A stretch of DNA of 39,628 nucleotides from Solirubrobacteraceae bacterium (GCA_016462245.1 JAEMTR010000002.1:1-39628); one strand, 5' to 3'; shown: positions 8,629 through 19,240, counted from the first letter of the stretch. Translations and numbers: made by a program. The notes: generated from the letters alone by a model not told the origin.

Positions 8629-9339
8629 GTGGCCAACGCTGGCGCTAGCGGCACACTCGAAGAGCCACAGGTAGAAGCGATGTTCGATCGCATCGCCGGC
8701 GTCTACGACCTGATGAATTCGCTGATGACGGCCGGGCTGCACCATCGCTGGCGCCGCCGAGCCGCCGACCTCGCGCGGGTTGGGCCAGGTAACGACGTTC
8801 TTGACGTCGCCAGTGGTACCGGTGACCTCGCGATCGAGCTGTCTACTCGCGTCGGCGCCGGAGGCAGTGTGATTGGCTCCGATTTCTCGGAGCAGATGCT
8901 CGACCGCGCGCGGGTCAAAGCGCCGCAACTGGAATGGCAGCAGGCCAACGCCTTGGCGCTCCCCTACGAGGAGGGTCGCTTTGACGCTGTAACGGTCGGT
9001 TTTGGCGCCCGCAACTTCTCCGATCTTGACGCCGGGCTCGCCGAGATGGTGCGCGTGACGCGCCCCGGCGGCCGCGTTGTCGTGCTTGAAATCACAACAC
9101 CAACGCGGCCGCCACTCTCAACCTTCTTCCGCCTCTGGTTCGACCGACTGGTGCCGCTGATCGGCCGCTTTGCTGGTGATCCTGAGGCTTACAGCTACCT
9201 ACCCAGTTCGGTGCGCCGCTTTCCCGACGCGCGAACGCTCGCGATGCGGCTAAGCGAAGCCGGGCTCGAAGAGGTTTCCTACCTGCTGACGGCGGGCGGG
9301 ATCATCGCGATCCATTCGGGGACTAAAGCGGGCGCCTGA
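8629..9339 (+). CDS. menG: Demethylmenaquinone / ubiquinone C-methyltransferase
   Basis: MFDRIAGVYDLMNSLMTAGLHHRWRR N-terminus. SAM motif VLDVASGTGDL. C-terminal GGIIAIHSG. Confidence 0.9.
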   Translation: MANAGASGTLEEPQVEAMFDRIAGVYDLMNSLMTAGLHHRWRRRAADLARVGPGNDVLDVASGTGDLAIELSTRVGAGGSVIGSDFSEQMLDRARVKAPQLEWQQANALALPYEEGRFDAVTVGFGARNFSDLDAGLAEMVRVTRPGGRVVVLEITTPTRPPLSTFFRLWFDRLVPLIGRFAGDPEAYSYLPSSVRRFPDARTLAMRLSEAGLEEVSYLLTAGGIIAIHSGTKAGA

Positions 9340-10322
9340 TGGAAGACGCGGCGCCGCACACCGGCGAGCTGGTGATCGCCGGCGGCGAGCACATCCCAGC
9401 GCTGCTTAAGGAGATTGAAGAGCGGCTGCAGAGCGAGGCTGTCGGCTATGGCGCTCCGTTGCAGCAGTTTGGCGAGGCGACGATCGCGGCCGGGGGCAAG
9501 CGTCTGCGCCCGCTGCTCTTGCTGCTTTGCGCTGGGCCGCCGCAGGGCGAGTCGCAGCGTGATGCCCTAATTCGCGCCGGCGCGGCGATCGAACTTATCC
9601 ACAGCGCCACGCTGGTCCATGACGACGTGCTCGACCAGGCCGATCTGCGCCGCGGCAAGCCGACCGTCGTTTCACTCGCCGGCCGCGAAGCGGCGATCTC
9701 GACCGGCGATCTGCTCTTCGCTCGTGCCTTTCGGTTGATCACTGAGAGCGGCGACGCGGAAGCGGTTCGGCTGCTCAGCGACGCCTGCTCGGCGCTGGCG
9801 CGCGGTGAGCTGTTGCAACGGGCCGATAGTTGGAACAGCGCCGTCAAGCTCGAGCGCTATTTAGAACGCTGCGAACTGAAGACAGCGCGCCTCTTTGAAG
9901 CAGCCTGCGCGATCGCCGCCACGATCACCGCTGAAGAGGATCTCCAATTGGCGAGCTTTGGCCGCAGGATCGGGGTTGCCTTTCAAGTGCTTGACGATGT
10001 TCTCGACGTAAGCGGGCCAGCCGAACGGACCGGTAAGCAGCGTGGCACCGACCTGCTCGACGGCACCGTCACGCTGCCACTGATTATTGCGCGCGAAAAA
10101 GATCCCGCCGTCGCCGCGCTCGACCTGCGCTCGCTGAGCGGCGCTGGTGAGGCCGAGTCGCTCTGCAATCAGATCGCTGCCACTGGAGCGCTCGAAGAGT
10201 CGCGCGCCTATGCCTTGGCTCTTGTCGATCAAGCAAAGCAGGCGCTACCGATCGAACTCGATGATCGCCGCCGCCGCTCGCTTGAGCTCGTCGCCGACAG
10301 CGTCGTCGCGCGTTACAGCTGA
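9339..10322 (+). CDS. trans-Polyprenyl diphosphate synthase (long-chain, HepT/IspB-like; chain length not determinable)
   Basis: Both Asp-rich motifs are present (LVHDDVLD and FQVLDDVLD) and GKRLRP lies upstream. The ATG overlaps the menG TGA by 1 nt. Confidence 0.9.
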   Translation: MEDAAPHTGELVIAGGEHIPALLKEIEERLQSEAVGYGAPLQQFGEATIAAGGKRLRPLLLLLCAGPPQGESQRDALIRAGAAIELIHSATLVHDDVLDQADLRRGKPTVVSLAGREAAISTGDLLFARAFRLITESGDAEAVRLLSDACSALARGELLQRADSWNSAVKLERYLERCELKTARLFEAACAIAATITAEEDLQLASFGRRIGVAFQVLDDVLDVSGPAERTGKQRGTDLLDGTVTLPLIIAREKDPAVAALDLRSLSGAGEAESLCNQIAATGALEESRAYALALVDQAKQALPIELDDRRRRSLELVADSVVARYS

Positions 10323-10328
10323 GTGCTC

Positions 10329-10775
10329 TTAAAAGTCTTCGGGCAGCAGGTGGTTGTTCTCTAGCGCGAAGCGCAGCCGCTCGATGTCGCGCTCAGCGTT
10401 CTCGGCGGTGAGCTGCGTTAGCGTCAGCTCGAGCGCGTCGGCGCCGCGCTGGTGGGCGCGGTCGCAAAGTTCGGCGACGTCATCCTCAACGACCGTCGTG
10501 CAGCGCGCCTCGCAGTTCGGGCAGCGCAGCTCGATCTTCCAGTGGCGCGGGCCGTAGCCATCCCATTCGACCGGCTGAACCGTTTCGCAACCGCACTGGC
10601 CGCAGTTGAGTAGCTGATCGACGCTCTCTTGCAGATCGGTTTCAATCTCGACGATTTCCAAGCCCTGGTCGGCGAGCGAGACCGCTTCGCCGTCTAGGTA
10701 GCTGATCTCGACCTGGCGCCCGGAGGGCAGGGTGATCGATCGAACTTCGCTCTTGGGGGTGTCTGAGTTTCGCAT
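10329..10775 (-). CDS. Hypothetical acidic zinc-ribbon protein
   Basis: 148 aa. CGQCGC..(24 aa)..CPNCEARC forms a CxxC/CxxC pair. The C-terminal half is helical and acidic and ends in ..LLPEDF. Coding-like codon bias. No family recognised. Confidence 0.55.
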   Translation of the reverse strand: MRNSDTPKSEVRSITLPSGRQVEISYLDGEAVSLADQGLEIVEIETDLQESVDQLLNCGQCGCETVQPVEWDGYGPRHWKIELRCPNCEARCTTVVEDDVAELCDRAHQRGADALELTLTQLTAENAERDIERLRFALENNHLLPEDF

Positions 10776-10888
10776 TGGCTTTCAGTCTGCCGCTCTTTCT
10801 GTCCTTGCTCTGAGACCTAAAACACAGCGCCAGGCGAAAAGGTGCGCAAAGCTGCACCAGATTTCCAGCGCACGGGTACGATGTAGCG

Positions 10889-11140
10889 ATGCCTCCTATC
10901 GGACCCTTGGAAATCGGCGTTGTGCTGCTGATCGTGCTTTTGATCGTCGGCCCGAAGAAGCTGCCCGGATTGGGGCGCAACCTCGGTACCGGGATGCGCG
11001 AATTCAAGGATTCGGTCACCGGCCGTGGCGGCGATGACTCCGACGATGAGCCAGCAAAGATCGATCCTGCCGCGGCCGATAAGACGCCCGCCGGCGAGCC
11101 GAGCGCCGCGCCCGAGAAGCAGCCGCGCGGCGACGCTTAA
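10889..11140 (+). CDS. tatA: Twin-arginine translocase subunit TatA/E
   Basis: MPPIGPLEIGVVLLIVLLIVGPKKLPGLGRNLGTGMREFK is the canonical TatA helix-hinge-amphipathic helix. The tail is acidic and Pro-rich. Confidence 0.92.
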   Translation: MPPIGPLEIGVVLLIVLLIVGPKKLPGLGRNLGTGMREFKDSVTGRGGDDSDDEPAKIDPAAADKTPAGEPSAAPEKQPRGDA

Positions 11141-11148
11141 GGCCCGCT

Positions 11149-12240
11149 ATGCCGGCTGTCCGGCCGATCGGCCATGAACAGCGGATTAGCATCGTCGACC
11201 ATCTCGACGAGCTGCGCTCGCGGCTGATCATCAGCATCGCCGTGTTGGTTGGTTGCTTTGCCTTCTGTTACTGGCAGAACCACGCGATTCTCAAGATCGT
11301 CAATCAGCCACTGGCTGACGCGCAACGCAGCGGTGGGGAGGATTCGCTGCAGCAGAGCCAGCGTTTCGATCAGGCGCTCGAAACGATGCTCAAGCAGCTC
11401 GCACCGGCGCTCCAAAGCACGAGCAGATCACTTGATTCGCTCGCCGCAGAGTCCGGCGTCAGCGCCGCGACCAAGCTCCAAGCGGAGCGCGCCCGCGAGC
11501 AGCTCGCGAAGGCTTCCGCGGCAACGGCGCTGGCAACCAAGGCGGTACCTACCGACCGCGGGCGCAGGCCGCTAACGCTTGGCGTCGCCGAGCCGTTTGT
11601 AGCGACCTTCACGGTCGCCGCTTACGCCGCCTTGCTGTTGGCCTTGCCGTTCATTCTTTGGCAGATCTACGCCTTCATCTTGCCGGCCTTTGATCCAAAA
11701 GAGCGCAAGATTGTGATTCCGATGATGGCGCTGATCCCGCTGCTGTTCGCGGCCGGAGTCCTATTCGGCTATTACGGCGCGCTGCCGCGAGCGGTGAACT
11801 TCCTCCAGAACTACAACAGCGGCGAATTTGACATTCAAATACAGGCGCGCGACTACTACCGCTTCGTCGTCCTCTTCTTAGCCTTAATGGGGCTCGTCTT
11901 CCAGATTCCGGTTGGCGTACTGGTCTTAACTCGAACCGGCGTCGTTGACGCGCGAACGCTCTGGAAGCGGCAGGGCTACGTGATCCTCGGGATTTCGATC
12001 GTCGCCGCCGTCGCGACTCCAACTCCCGACCCCGTGACGATGCTCGTGACGATGCTGCCGCTGGTCGTGCTTTACGAGCTGAGTATTGGCCTGGCCTACA
12101 TATTTAGGCCGCGCGGCGGCACGATCACTAGCCGCTGGGAAGAGTGGTGGGACGAGGACGACGAGCAGGAGCTGCTGGCCGCTGATCAGGCCGACGATCA
12201 GGGTGCTGACGCCGAGCACGACCAGACCACCGTATCCTGA
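11149..12240 (+). CDS. tatC: Twin-arginine translocase subunit TatC with an enlarged first extracytoplasmic loop
   Basis: N-terminus SIVDHLDELRSRL, six helices, and PDPVT plus LPLVVLYE motifs. At 363 aa it is about 100 aa longer than usual, because of residues about 57-140. Confidence 0.88.
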   Translation: MPAVRPIGHEQRISIVDHLDELRSRLIISIAVLVGCFAFCYWQNHAILKIVNQPLADAQRSGGEDSLQQSQRFDQALETMLKQLAPALQSTSRSLDSLAAESGVSAATKLQAERAREQLAKASAATALATKAVPTDRGRRPLTLGVAEPFVATFTVAAYAALLLALPFILWQIYAFILPAFDPKERKIVIPMMALIPLLFAAGVLFGYYGALPRAVNFLQNYNSGEFDIQIQARDYYRFVVLFLALMGLVFQIPVGVLVLTRTGVVDARTLWKRQGYVILGISIVAAVATPTPDPVTMLVTMLPLVVLYELSIGLAYIFRPRGGTITSRWEEWWDEDDEQELLAADQADDQGADAEHDQTTVS

Positions 12241-12244
12241 ACTG

Positions 12245-12952
12245 ATGCTCTTTGATCTTCGAGGAAAAGGCCGTCGCCGGACGGTCAAGATTGTTTATGG
12301 CGGCCTTGCGCTCTTGCTTGGCCTCGGCCTCGTCGCCTTCGGCATCGGTGGAGCAACCTCAGGCGGCCTCGTCGACGCCTTCACCGGTTCGGGTGGCGGC
12401 TCGGACACGAGCATCTACAGCGATCAGGTAAAGGACTTGACGAAGAAGGTCACGACCGATCCAAAGGATCAAGCGTCGTGGGCAGCGCTGACGAAGGCCC
12501 AAGTTCAGCAGGCCTCAATCATCGGCTACGACCAGAACACGCAGAGCTACAACGCGGCCGGCAAGGCCGAGCTGGAGAAGGGAGCTACCAGCTGGCAGAA
12601 GTACTTGGCGCTGGAGCCCAAGAAGCCCGATGACCGCGTCGCCTCCTTGATGGTCAACGCTTACGGCCCCGGCGGCCTCAACCAGCCGGTGAAATCGGCG
12701 GCGGCGCTGAAGGTCGTGATCGAAGGTCGTGGAGCTAGCGCAGCGCTCTACTCGCAGCTCGCAGTCCTTGCCTACCTTGCTGGCGACAAGCGCGAGAGCA
12801 AGATCGCCGAGCAACGCGCGCTCGAGCTGACGCCGGCTAACCGGCGCAAACTGGTCGCCGCTCAGCTGGCAACGCAGCGAACACAGATCGATAGCGCACA
12901 GGCTCAGGCCGCCCAGCAGCAGTCGCAGGGCGCGCCAGGTCTCGGCGGCTGA
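12245..12952 (+). CDS. Hypothetical N-terminally membrane-anchored protein (helical repeat/TPR-like ectodomain)
   Basis: The track ORF 12086..12952 overlaps tatC. In-frame ATG 12245 lies 5 nt after the tatC stop and gives MLFDLRGKGRRRTVKIVYGGLALLLGLGLVAFGIGG (a basic RRR patch plus a helix), followed by a soluble helical domain. Confidence 0.55.
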   Translation: MLFDLRGKGRRRTVKIVYGGLALLLGLGLVAFGIGGATSGGLVDAFTGSGGGSDTSIYSDQVKDLTKKVTTDPKDQASWAALTKAQVQQASIIGYDQNTQSYNAAGKAELEKGATSWQKYLALEPKKPDDRVASLMVNAYGPGGLNQPVKSAAALKVVIEGRGASAALYSQLAVLAYLAGDKRESKIAEQRALELTPANRRKLVAAQLATQRTQIDSAQAQAAQQQSQGAPGLGG

Positions 12953-12982
12953 GCGCCAGCGGCTAAACTTCGCCGCCGATAC

Positions 12983-13055
12983 GCCCCTGTAGCTCAACTG
13001 GCAGAGCAGCGGACTCTTAATCCGAAGGTTCCAGGTTCGATTCCTGGCGGGGGCA
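12983..13055 (+). tRNA. tRNA-Lys (anticodon CTT)
   Basis: The cloverleaf reads directly. Acceptor GCCCCTG/CGGGGGC, D arm GCTC..GAGC, anticodon loop CTCTTAA, T arm CCAGG-TTCGATT-CCTGG, discriminator A. CCA is not encoded. Confidence 0.9.
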
Positions 13056-13091
13056 TAGGTCTTTGCCCAGCGGTATGGCAGAATCAGCGCG

Positions 13092-13874
13092 ATGCTTGCC
13101 TCCCTGAACGGTCAGATCATCGAAACCGAAGACGCGCTCGTGCCGGCCAACGACGTTGGTCTCTTGCGCGGCGACGGCGTCTTCGAAGTGATTCGCGTCT
13201 ACAACGGTGTTCCGTTTGCGCTCGAGCAGCACTTCGAGCGGATGGAGCGCTCGGCGACGAAGCTGATGATTCAATTTGATCGCGCCGCAATCGAGGCCGA
13301 GACTGCCGCCTTGCTCGAAGCCGCACCCGGCCATGACGGCTGTCTGCGCCTCGTTTCGACTGGATCGGGCACGCGGCTGGGCTTCATTGAGGCGCTGCCG
13401 CCGATCCCACCTTCGATCACGCTGACGACACTTCCCTATGCGTCAACGATCCTGCTCGACGGGGTCAAGTCGCTTTCGTACGCGGCCAACATGTTGGCGA
13501 CGCGGATCGCTGTCGACCGCGGCGCCAGCGAGGCTTTGCTGGTGACGGAGGACGGAACGGTGCTCGAAGGCCCGCGCCAGAGCTTTGTCGCGTCGCTCGA
13601 CGGCGAGCGGCTAATCACGCCGCCGCTTAGTGACCGCGTGCTCGACTCGATCACTCGCGCCGTGCTGCTGAAGACCGGTCTCGTCGAGGAGGAGTCGATC
13701 TCGGTTGACCAGATTCCGCAGATCAAGGAGGCCTTCCTCGCTTCGACGCTGCGCGAGGTGCATCCTGTCTCAGCGATCGATGATCACCAGATCGAAGCAC
13801 CGGGCCCACTCTCGGCTGCCGTTGAGAAGGTTCTGCGGGCGACGATCGCCGAGGCGGTCGGTCAACCGGCGTGA
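13092..13874 (+). CDS. Fold-type IV (class IV) PLP aminotransferase / lyase (BCAT, D-amino-acid aminotransferase or aminodeoxychorismate lyase-like)
   Basis: 260 aa. DVGLLRGDGVFEVIRVYNGVPFALEQHFERMERSA and Lys context GVKSLSYAANMLA are typical of class IV enzymes. The stop overlaps the next gene's start (GTGA). Confidence 0.8.
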   Translation: MLASLNGQIIETEDALVPANDVGLLRGDGVFEVIRVYNGVPFALEQHFERMERSATKLMIQFDRAAIEAETAALLEAAPGHDGCLRLVSTGSGTRLGFIEALPPIPPSITLTTLPYASTILLDGVKSLSYAANMLATRIAVDRGASEALLVTEDGTVLEGPRQSFVASLDGERLITPPLSDRVLDSITRAVLLKTGLVEEESISVDQIPQIKEAFLASTLREVHPVSAIDDHQIEAPGPLSAAVEKVLRATIAEAVGQPA

Positions 13875-14938
13875 AGCTCGTAACGGTAATCGGCAACCGT
13901 CCGCAGTTCATCAAGGCCGCCGCAGTCTCCGGGCCGCTGCGCGCCGCCCACGAAGAGCTGCTGGTTCACACCGGCCAACACTACGACGACGAGCTCTCAA
14001 CGATCTTCATCGAAGAGCTGGGGGTGCCACGACCAGAGATCCAGCTCGAGATCTCCGGCGGCAGCAACAGTGAGCAGACGGCGCGGATGATCGCTGCGCT
14101 GGCGCCGCTGCTGGCCGAGCAGCAGCCCGATGCGGTGCTCGTCTACGGCGACACCAACTCGACGCTGGCCGGCGCGCTGACGGCCGCGCAGGCAAATATT
14201 CCCGTCGTTCACGTCGAGGCTGGAATGCGCTCGTTCGATCGAACGATGCCCGAGGAGCTGAACCGAATTCTCACCGACCACTGTTCCGAGCTGCTGCTCT
14301 GCCCGTCGCAGGTTGCGCTGGCAAATCTTCAGAATGAAGGGCTAGGAACGCGGGCGCTACTGGTTGGCGACGTGATGGTTGACGTTGCCGAGCTGATGCG
14401 GCCGCGGGCGGCGGCCAACTTGGCCGCGCTTGATGTGGCGGGCGTGGCGGCCGGCGAATACCTTCTCGCGACCGCGCACCGCGCCGCCAACGTTGACGAT
14501 CCGGCGCGGCTCGCGCTGCTGACCGAGCTGCTGCTCGCCGTCCCCGGCCCGGTCGTGCTGCCGCTCCATCCGCGCACGCGCGCGCGACTCGAGTCGGCGG
14601 GACTATTGGCGACGTTGGAAGGTGGCGGCGTGCGCGTCCTGCCGCCGCTCGGCTACCTCGACTTCACGGCTTTGCTGCTGAACGCCCGCGCCGTCTTGAC
14701 CGATTCCGGTGGCGCGCAGAAGGAGGCTTATCTTGCCGGCGTTCAGTGCGTCACGATGCGCGACACGACGGAGTGGACCGAGACCGTTCACTCAGGCTGG
14801 AACTCGCTCGTTGATCTTGACGCGGCGGCGGCGATTGCGGCGCTCGAACTGGCGCCCAGCGGCGAGCGGCCGGATTGTTACGGCGACGGCCATGCGGCCG
14901 ACGCAGTTGTCGCGGCGATCAGCTCGCTGGCGGCGTAG
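13871..14938 (+). CDS. wecB: UDP-N-acetylglucosamine (or UDP-diacetamido-uronate) 2-epimerase, WecB/WbpI family
   Basis: MKLVTVIGNRPQFIKAA..HTGQHYD..VLVYGDTNSTLAG..VHVEAGMRSFDR..PEE.NR are signature segments of non-hydrolysing 2-epimerases. Confidence 0.88.
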   Translation: MKLVTVIGNRPQFIKAAAVSGPLRAAHEELLVHTGQHYDDELSTIFIEELGVPRPEIQLEISGGSNSEQTARMIAALAPLLAEQQPDAVLVYGDTNSTLAGALTAAQANIPVVHVEAGMRSFDRTMPEELNRILTDHCSELLLCPSQVALANLQNEGLGTRALLVGDVMVDVAELMRPRAAANLAALDVAGVAAGEYLLATAHRAANVDDPARLALLTELLLAVPGPVVLPLHPRTRARLESAGLLATLEGGGVRVLPPLGYLDFTALLLNARAVLTDSGGAQKEAYLAGVQCVTMRDTTEWTETVHSGWNSLVDLDAAAAIAALELAPSGERPDCYGDGHAADAVVAAISSLAA

Positions 14939-16205
14939 TACTCGGTCGCCCGATCCGTTCAACGGTTACGCCGGCAGCGGCGAAGGCGGCGGCGTCGATG
15001 ATCTCGCGCCCGTCGAGGACGACGCGAACGCCGGGTAGATCGGCGGCGCTGAGCTGCGCGTACTCGGCGTGGTCGGCTTGGACGATCGCAGCGTCAATCG
15101 GCTCGCGATCCCAGGGCGTTAGTCCCAGCGCCGCCAGCTCATCGTCGCTGTAGAGCGGGTCGCTGACGAGCGCCTTGGCGCCGAGCGCTTCCAGCGCTGC
15201 GGCCGTGCCAAAGACGCCGCTGAAGGCCGTTTCCTTGACGCCGCCGCGATAAGCGGCGCCCAAGACCAATACGCGGGCGCCCTCAAGGCCGTCAAGCGCC
15301 TTCTCCAGCCTCTGCGCGGCGTAGGCAGGCATCGCGTCGTTTACGGCCCTTGCGGCGGCTGGGAGCGCCGCATCGGGGTCGCCTTCGAGGTAGAAGCGCG
15401 GGTAGACCGGGATGCAGTGGCCGCCGACGGCTATTCCAGGGCTGTGAATGTGGCTGAAGGGCTGACTGTTGGCCGCTTCAATCACGCGCTCAACGTCGAT
15501 TCCTTCGCGGTCGGCGAAGCGCGCCAGCTCGTTGGCGAAAGCGATGTTGATGTCGCGGTAGGTCGTTTCGGCGAGCTTGACCATCTCTGCCGCTTCGGCC
15601 GATCCGATCGGCCAGACCTCGGCCTCGAGGAATGAGCCGTAAAGCTCGACTCCGCGCGCCTCGCCGGCTTCGCTGAGCCCGCCGACGAGCTTTGGGTATT
15701 TAGCGAGGTCGGCGAAGATGCGGCCGCTAAAGACGCGCTCGGGGCTGAAGACGGTGAAGAAGTCCTGCTCGGCTTTGAGCCCGCTCGCGGCTTCGAGCGC
15801 GACTGAGATGCGGCCGCGCGTCGTGCCGACCGGGAGTGTCGTCTCGATTGCGACCGTCGTGCCCGCTTGCAGGCCAGCGCCGATCGCAGCTACCGCTGCG
15901 TCGAGCGCGCCCCAGTCAGGCTTGGCGTTCGCGTCAACGGCCAGTGGTGGAACGGTGACGACGAGGTCGGGGCCCTCAGCGACGGCGGCGGTGGTATCGA
16001 GCTGGGCGCGCAGCGCGCCGCTGGCGATCACTTCAGCCAGCGCCTGCTCTAGTCCGGCTTCACCTGGGAACGGCGGCTCAGCGCGGTTGACCAGCTCAAC
16101 GACTTGCGGGTTGATGTCGCAGCCGACGACGCTGTGGCCGCTGCGCGCGATCTGCACAGCGAGGGGCAGCCCGATCTTGCCCAGCGCAACGACGACGACC
16201 TGCAT
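14919..16205 (-). CDS. Nucleotide-sugar 6-dehydrogenase (UDP-GlcNAc/UDP-ManNAc dehydrogenase, WbpA/WecC-like)
   Basis: N-terminal Rossmann VVVALGKIGLPLA, catalytic Cys context GGHCIPVYP, and a C-terminal UDP-binding domain. 428 aa. Confidence 0.85.
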   Translation of the reverse strand: MQVVVVALGKIGLPLAVQIARSGHSVVGCDINPQVVELVNRAEPPFPGEAGLEQALAEVIASGALRAQLDTTAAVAEGPDLVVTVPPLAVDANAKPDWGALDAAVAAIGAGLQAGTTVAIETTLPVGTTRGRISVALEAASGLKAEQDFFTVFSPERVFSGRIFADLAKYPKLVGGLSEAGEARGVELYGSFLEAEVWPIGSAEAAEMVKLAETTYRDINIAFANELARFADREGIDVERVIEAANSQPFSHIHSPGIAVGGHCIPVYPRFYLEGDPDAALPAAARAVNDAMPAYAAQRLEKALDGLEGARVLVLGAAYRGGVKETAFSGVFGTAAALEALGAKALVSDPLYSDDELAALGLTPWDREPIDAAIVQADHAEYAQLSAADLPGVRVVLDGREIIDAAAFAAAGVTVERIGRPSTTPPAS

Positions 16206-17206
16206 CAGACGCCCGCGGCGTTCGGTGTGACCGTGATCCCGCTGTCGGCGCTCTCGAGCACGGCCTCCGCGCTGGCGAGCGTCTCGAGCCCTTCGGCCAG
16301 GGTCACGACCTGCGAGTCGGCCGAGCCACCGAGCAGCTCAAGGAAGCGGTCGAGCTGCACTCGTAGCGGCTCGCGGCGGGCAATTGCGTAGCGCGTCACG
16401 TCACCTTCACTGACGCCGCGCAGCGACTGCGTCGCTCCCCACTCACTTCCGACGGCGCCGTTCTCGTAGAAGGTCAAGTCGGCGGTCAGCGTGTCGGCGA
16501 CGAGCATCCCGCGCTCGCCCAGCACGCGCGTGCGGCGCACCTTTGTCGGTGAGAGCCAGTCGACGATCGAGTTAAAGCTGACGCCGCTGGTAAGCGCTCC
16601 ACTGATTAGAACGAGATCCTCGTGCGGTCGACCCATCCGGTTCTGAGTCTGCCCGGAGAGCGAAGCGATCGGCGAGCCGCCGAGCCAGCGGACGAGATCG
16701 AGGTCGTGCGTTGCGAGGTCTTTGACTACGCCGACGTCGCGAATGCGATCGGGGAACGGGCCGACGCGCTCGGTCGCGATCAGGAATAGCTCACCAAGTT
16801 GGCCGTCGTTGACGCGCTGGCGCAGTTCGATCAGCGCCGGGTTGCAGCGCTCGACATGGCCAACGGCGCCGTGAACTCCCGCCGCCTCGACAATCTCGAT
16901 CAACTCGCGTCCGGCGGCGGCGCTGGCGGCAATCGGCTTCTCGACCAGCACGCTCGCTCCGCCGGCAGTCACTTCGCGCACGGCAGCGACGTGCTCTTCA
17001 GTCGGGACGGCGATGATCGCGAAGTCGAGTGGCCCAGCGGCAAGAAGTTCGGCGACCGAGCTGAAGACCAGCGCCGGGTCGCTTACCGCAGAGTGAGTGT
17101 CACCGGCCGGATCAACGGCACCGGCAAAGGCCACCTGAGGCGTGTCCTGCAGCAGCCTGGCGTGATGGCGGCCGATCATCCCCAGCCCCAAGACGGCTCC
17201 GTGCAT
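16205..17206 (-). CDS. Gfo/Idh/MocA-family NAD-dependent oxidoreductase (WbpB-like sugar 3-dehydrogenase candidate)
   Basis: Rossmann start MHGAVLGLGMIGRHHA and the EKP motif (VLVEKPIA). The stop overlaps the downstream dehydrogenase start. The track start GTG 17266 adds 20 aa and would overlap the divergent acetyltransferase, so the start is uncertain. Confidence 0.78.
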   Translation of the reverse strand: MHGAVLGLGMIGRHHARLLQDTPQVAFAGAVDPAGDTHSAVSDPALVFSSVAELLAAGPLDFAIIAVPTEEHVAAVREVTAGGASVLVEKPIAASAAAGRELIEIVEAAGVHGAVGHVERCNPALIELRQRVNDGQLGELFLIATERVGPFPDRIRDVGVVKDLATHDLDLVRWLGGSPIASLSGQTQNRMGRPHEDLVLISGALTSGVSFNSIVDWLSPTKVRRTRVLGERGMLVADTLTADLTFYENGAVGSEWGATQSLRGVSEGDVTRYAIARREPLRVQLDRFLELLGGSADSQVVTLAEGLETLASAEAVLESADSGITVTPNAAGV

Positions 17207-17254
17207 GGTCGGTTTGTTGTTGGCGTCACCCACGACGCCGTTAGGGTATCGGCC

Positions 17255-19230
<1,976 letters not shown>

Positions 19231-19240
19231 CTACGAGCCG

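Noticed and set aside
12086-12244. Upstream extension of the ORF following tatC.
   Set aside because: It overlaps the tatC 3' end in another frame and is Arg/Thr/Pro-rich. ATG 12245, just after the tatC stop, gives a sensible signal-anchor N-terminus.
12983-13055. tRNA-Lys, and tRNA-Arg at 36242..36315, as possible genomic-island integration sites.
   Set aside because: I noticed no integrase, no repeated copy of either tRNA 3' end nearby, and no compositional shift. The flanking genes are ordinary housekeeping genes.
16799-17254. N-terminal 152 codons of the track ORF 16799..17914.
   Set aside because: This part is antisense to the well-supported Gfo/Idh/MocA gene and has no hexapeptide periodicity. 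The real acetyltransferase most likely starts at GTG 17255 (or 17336).
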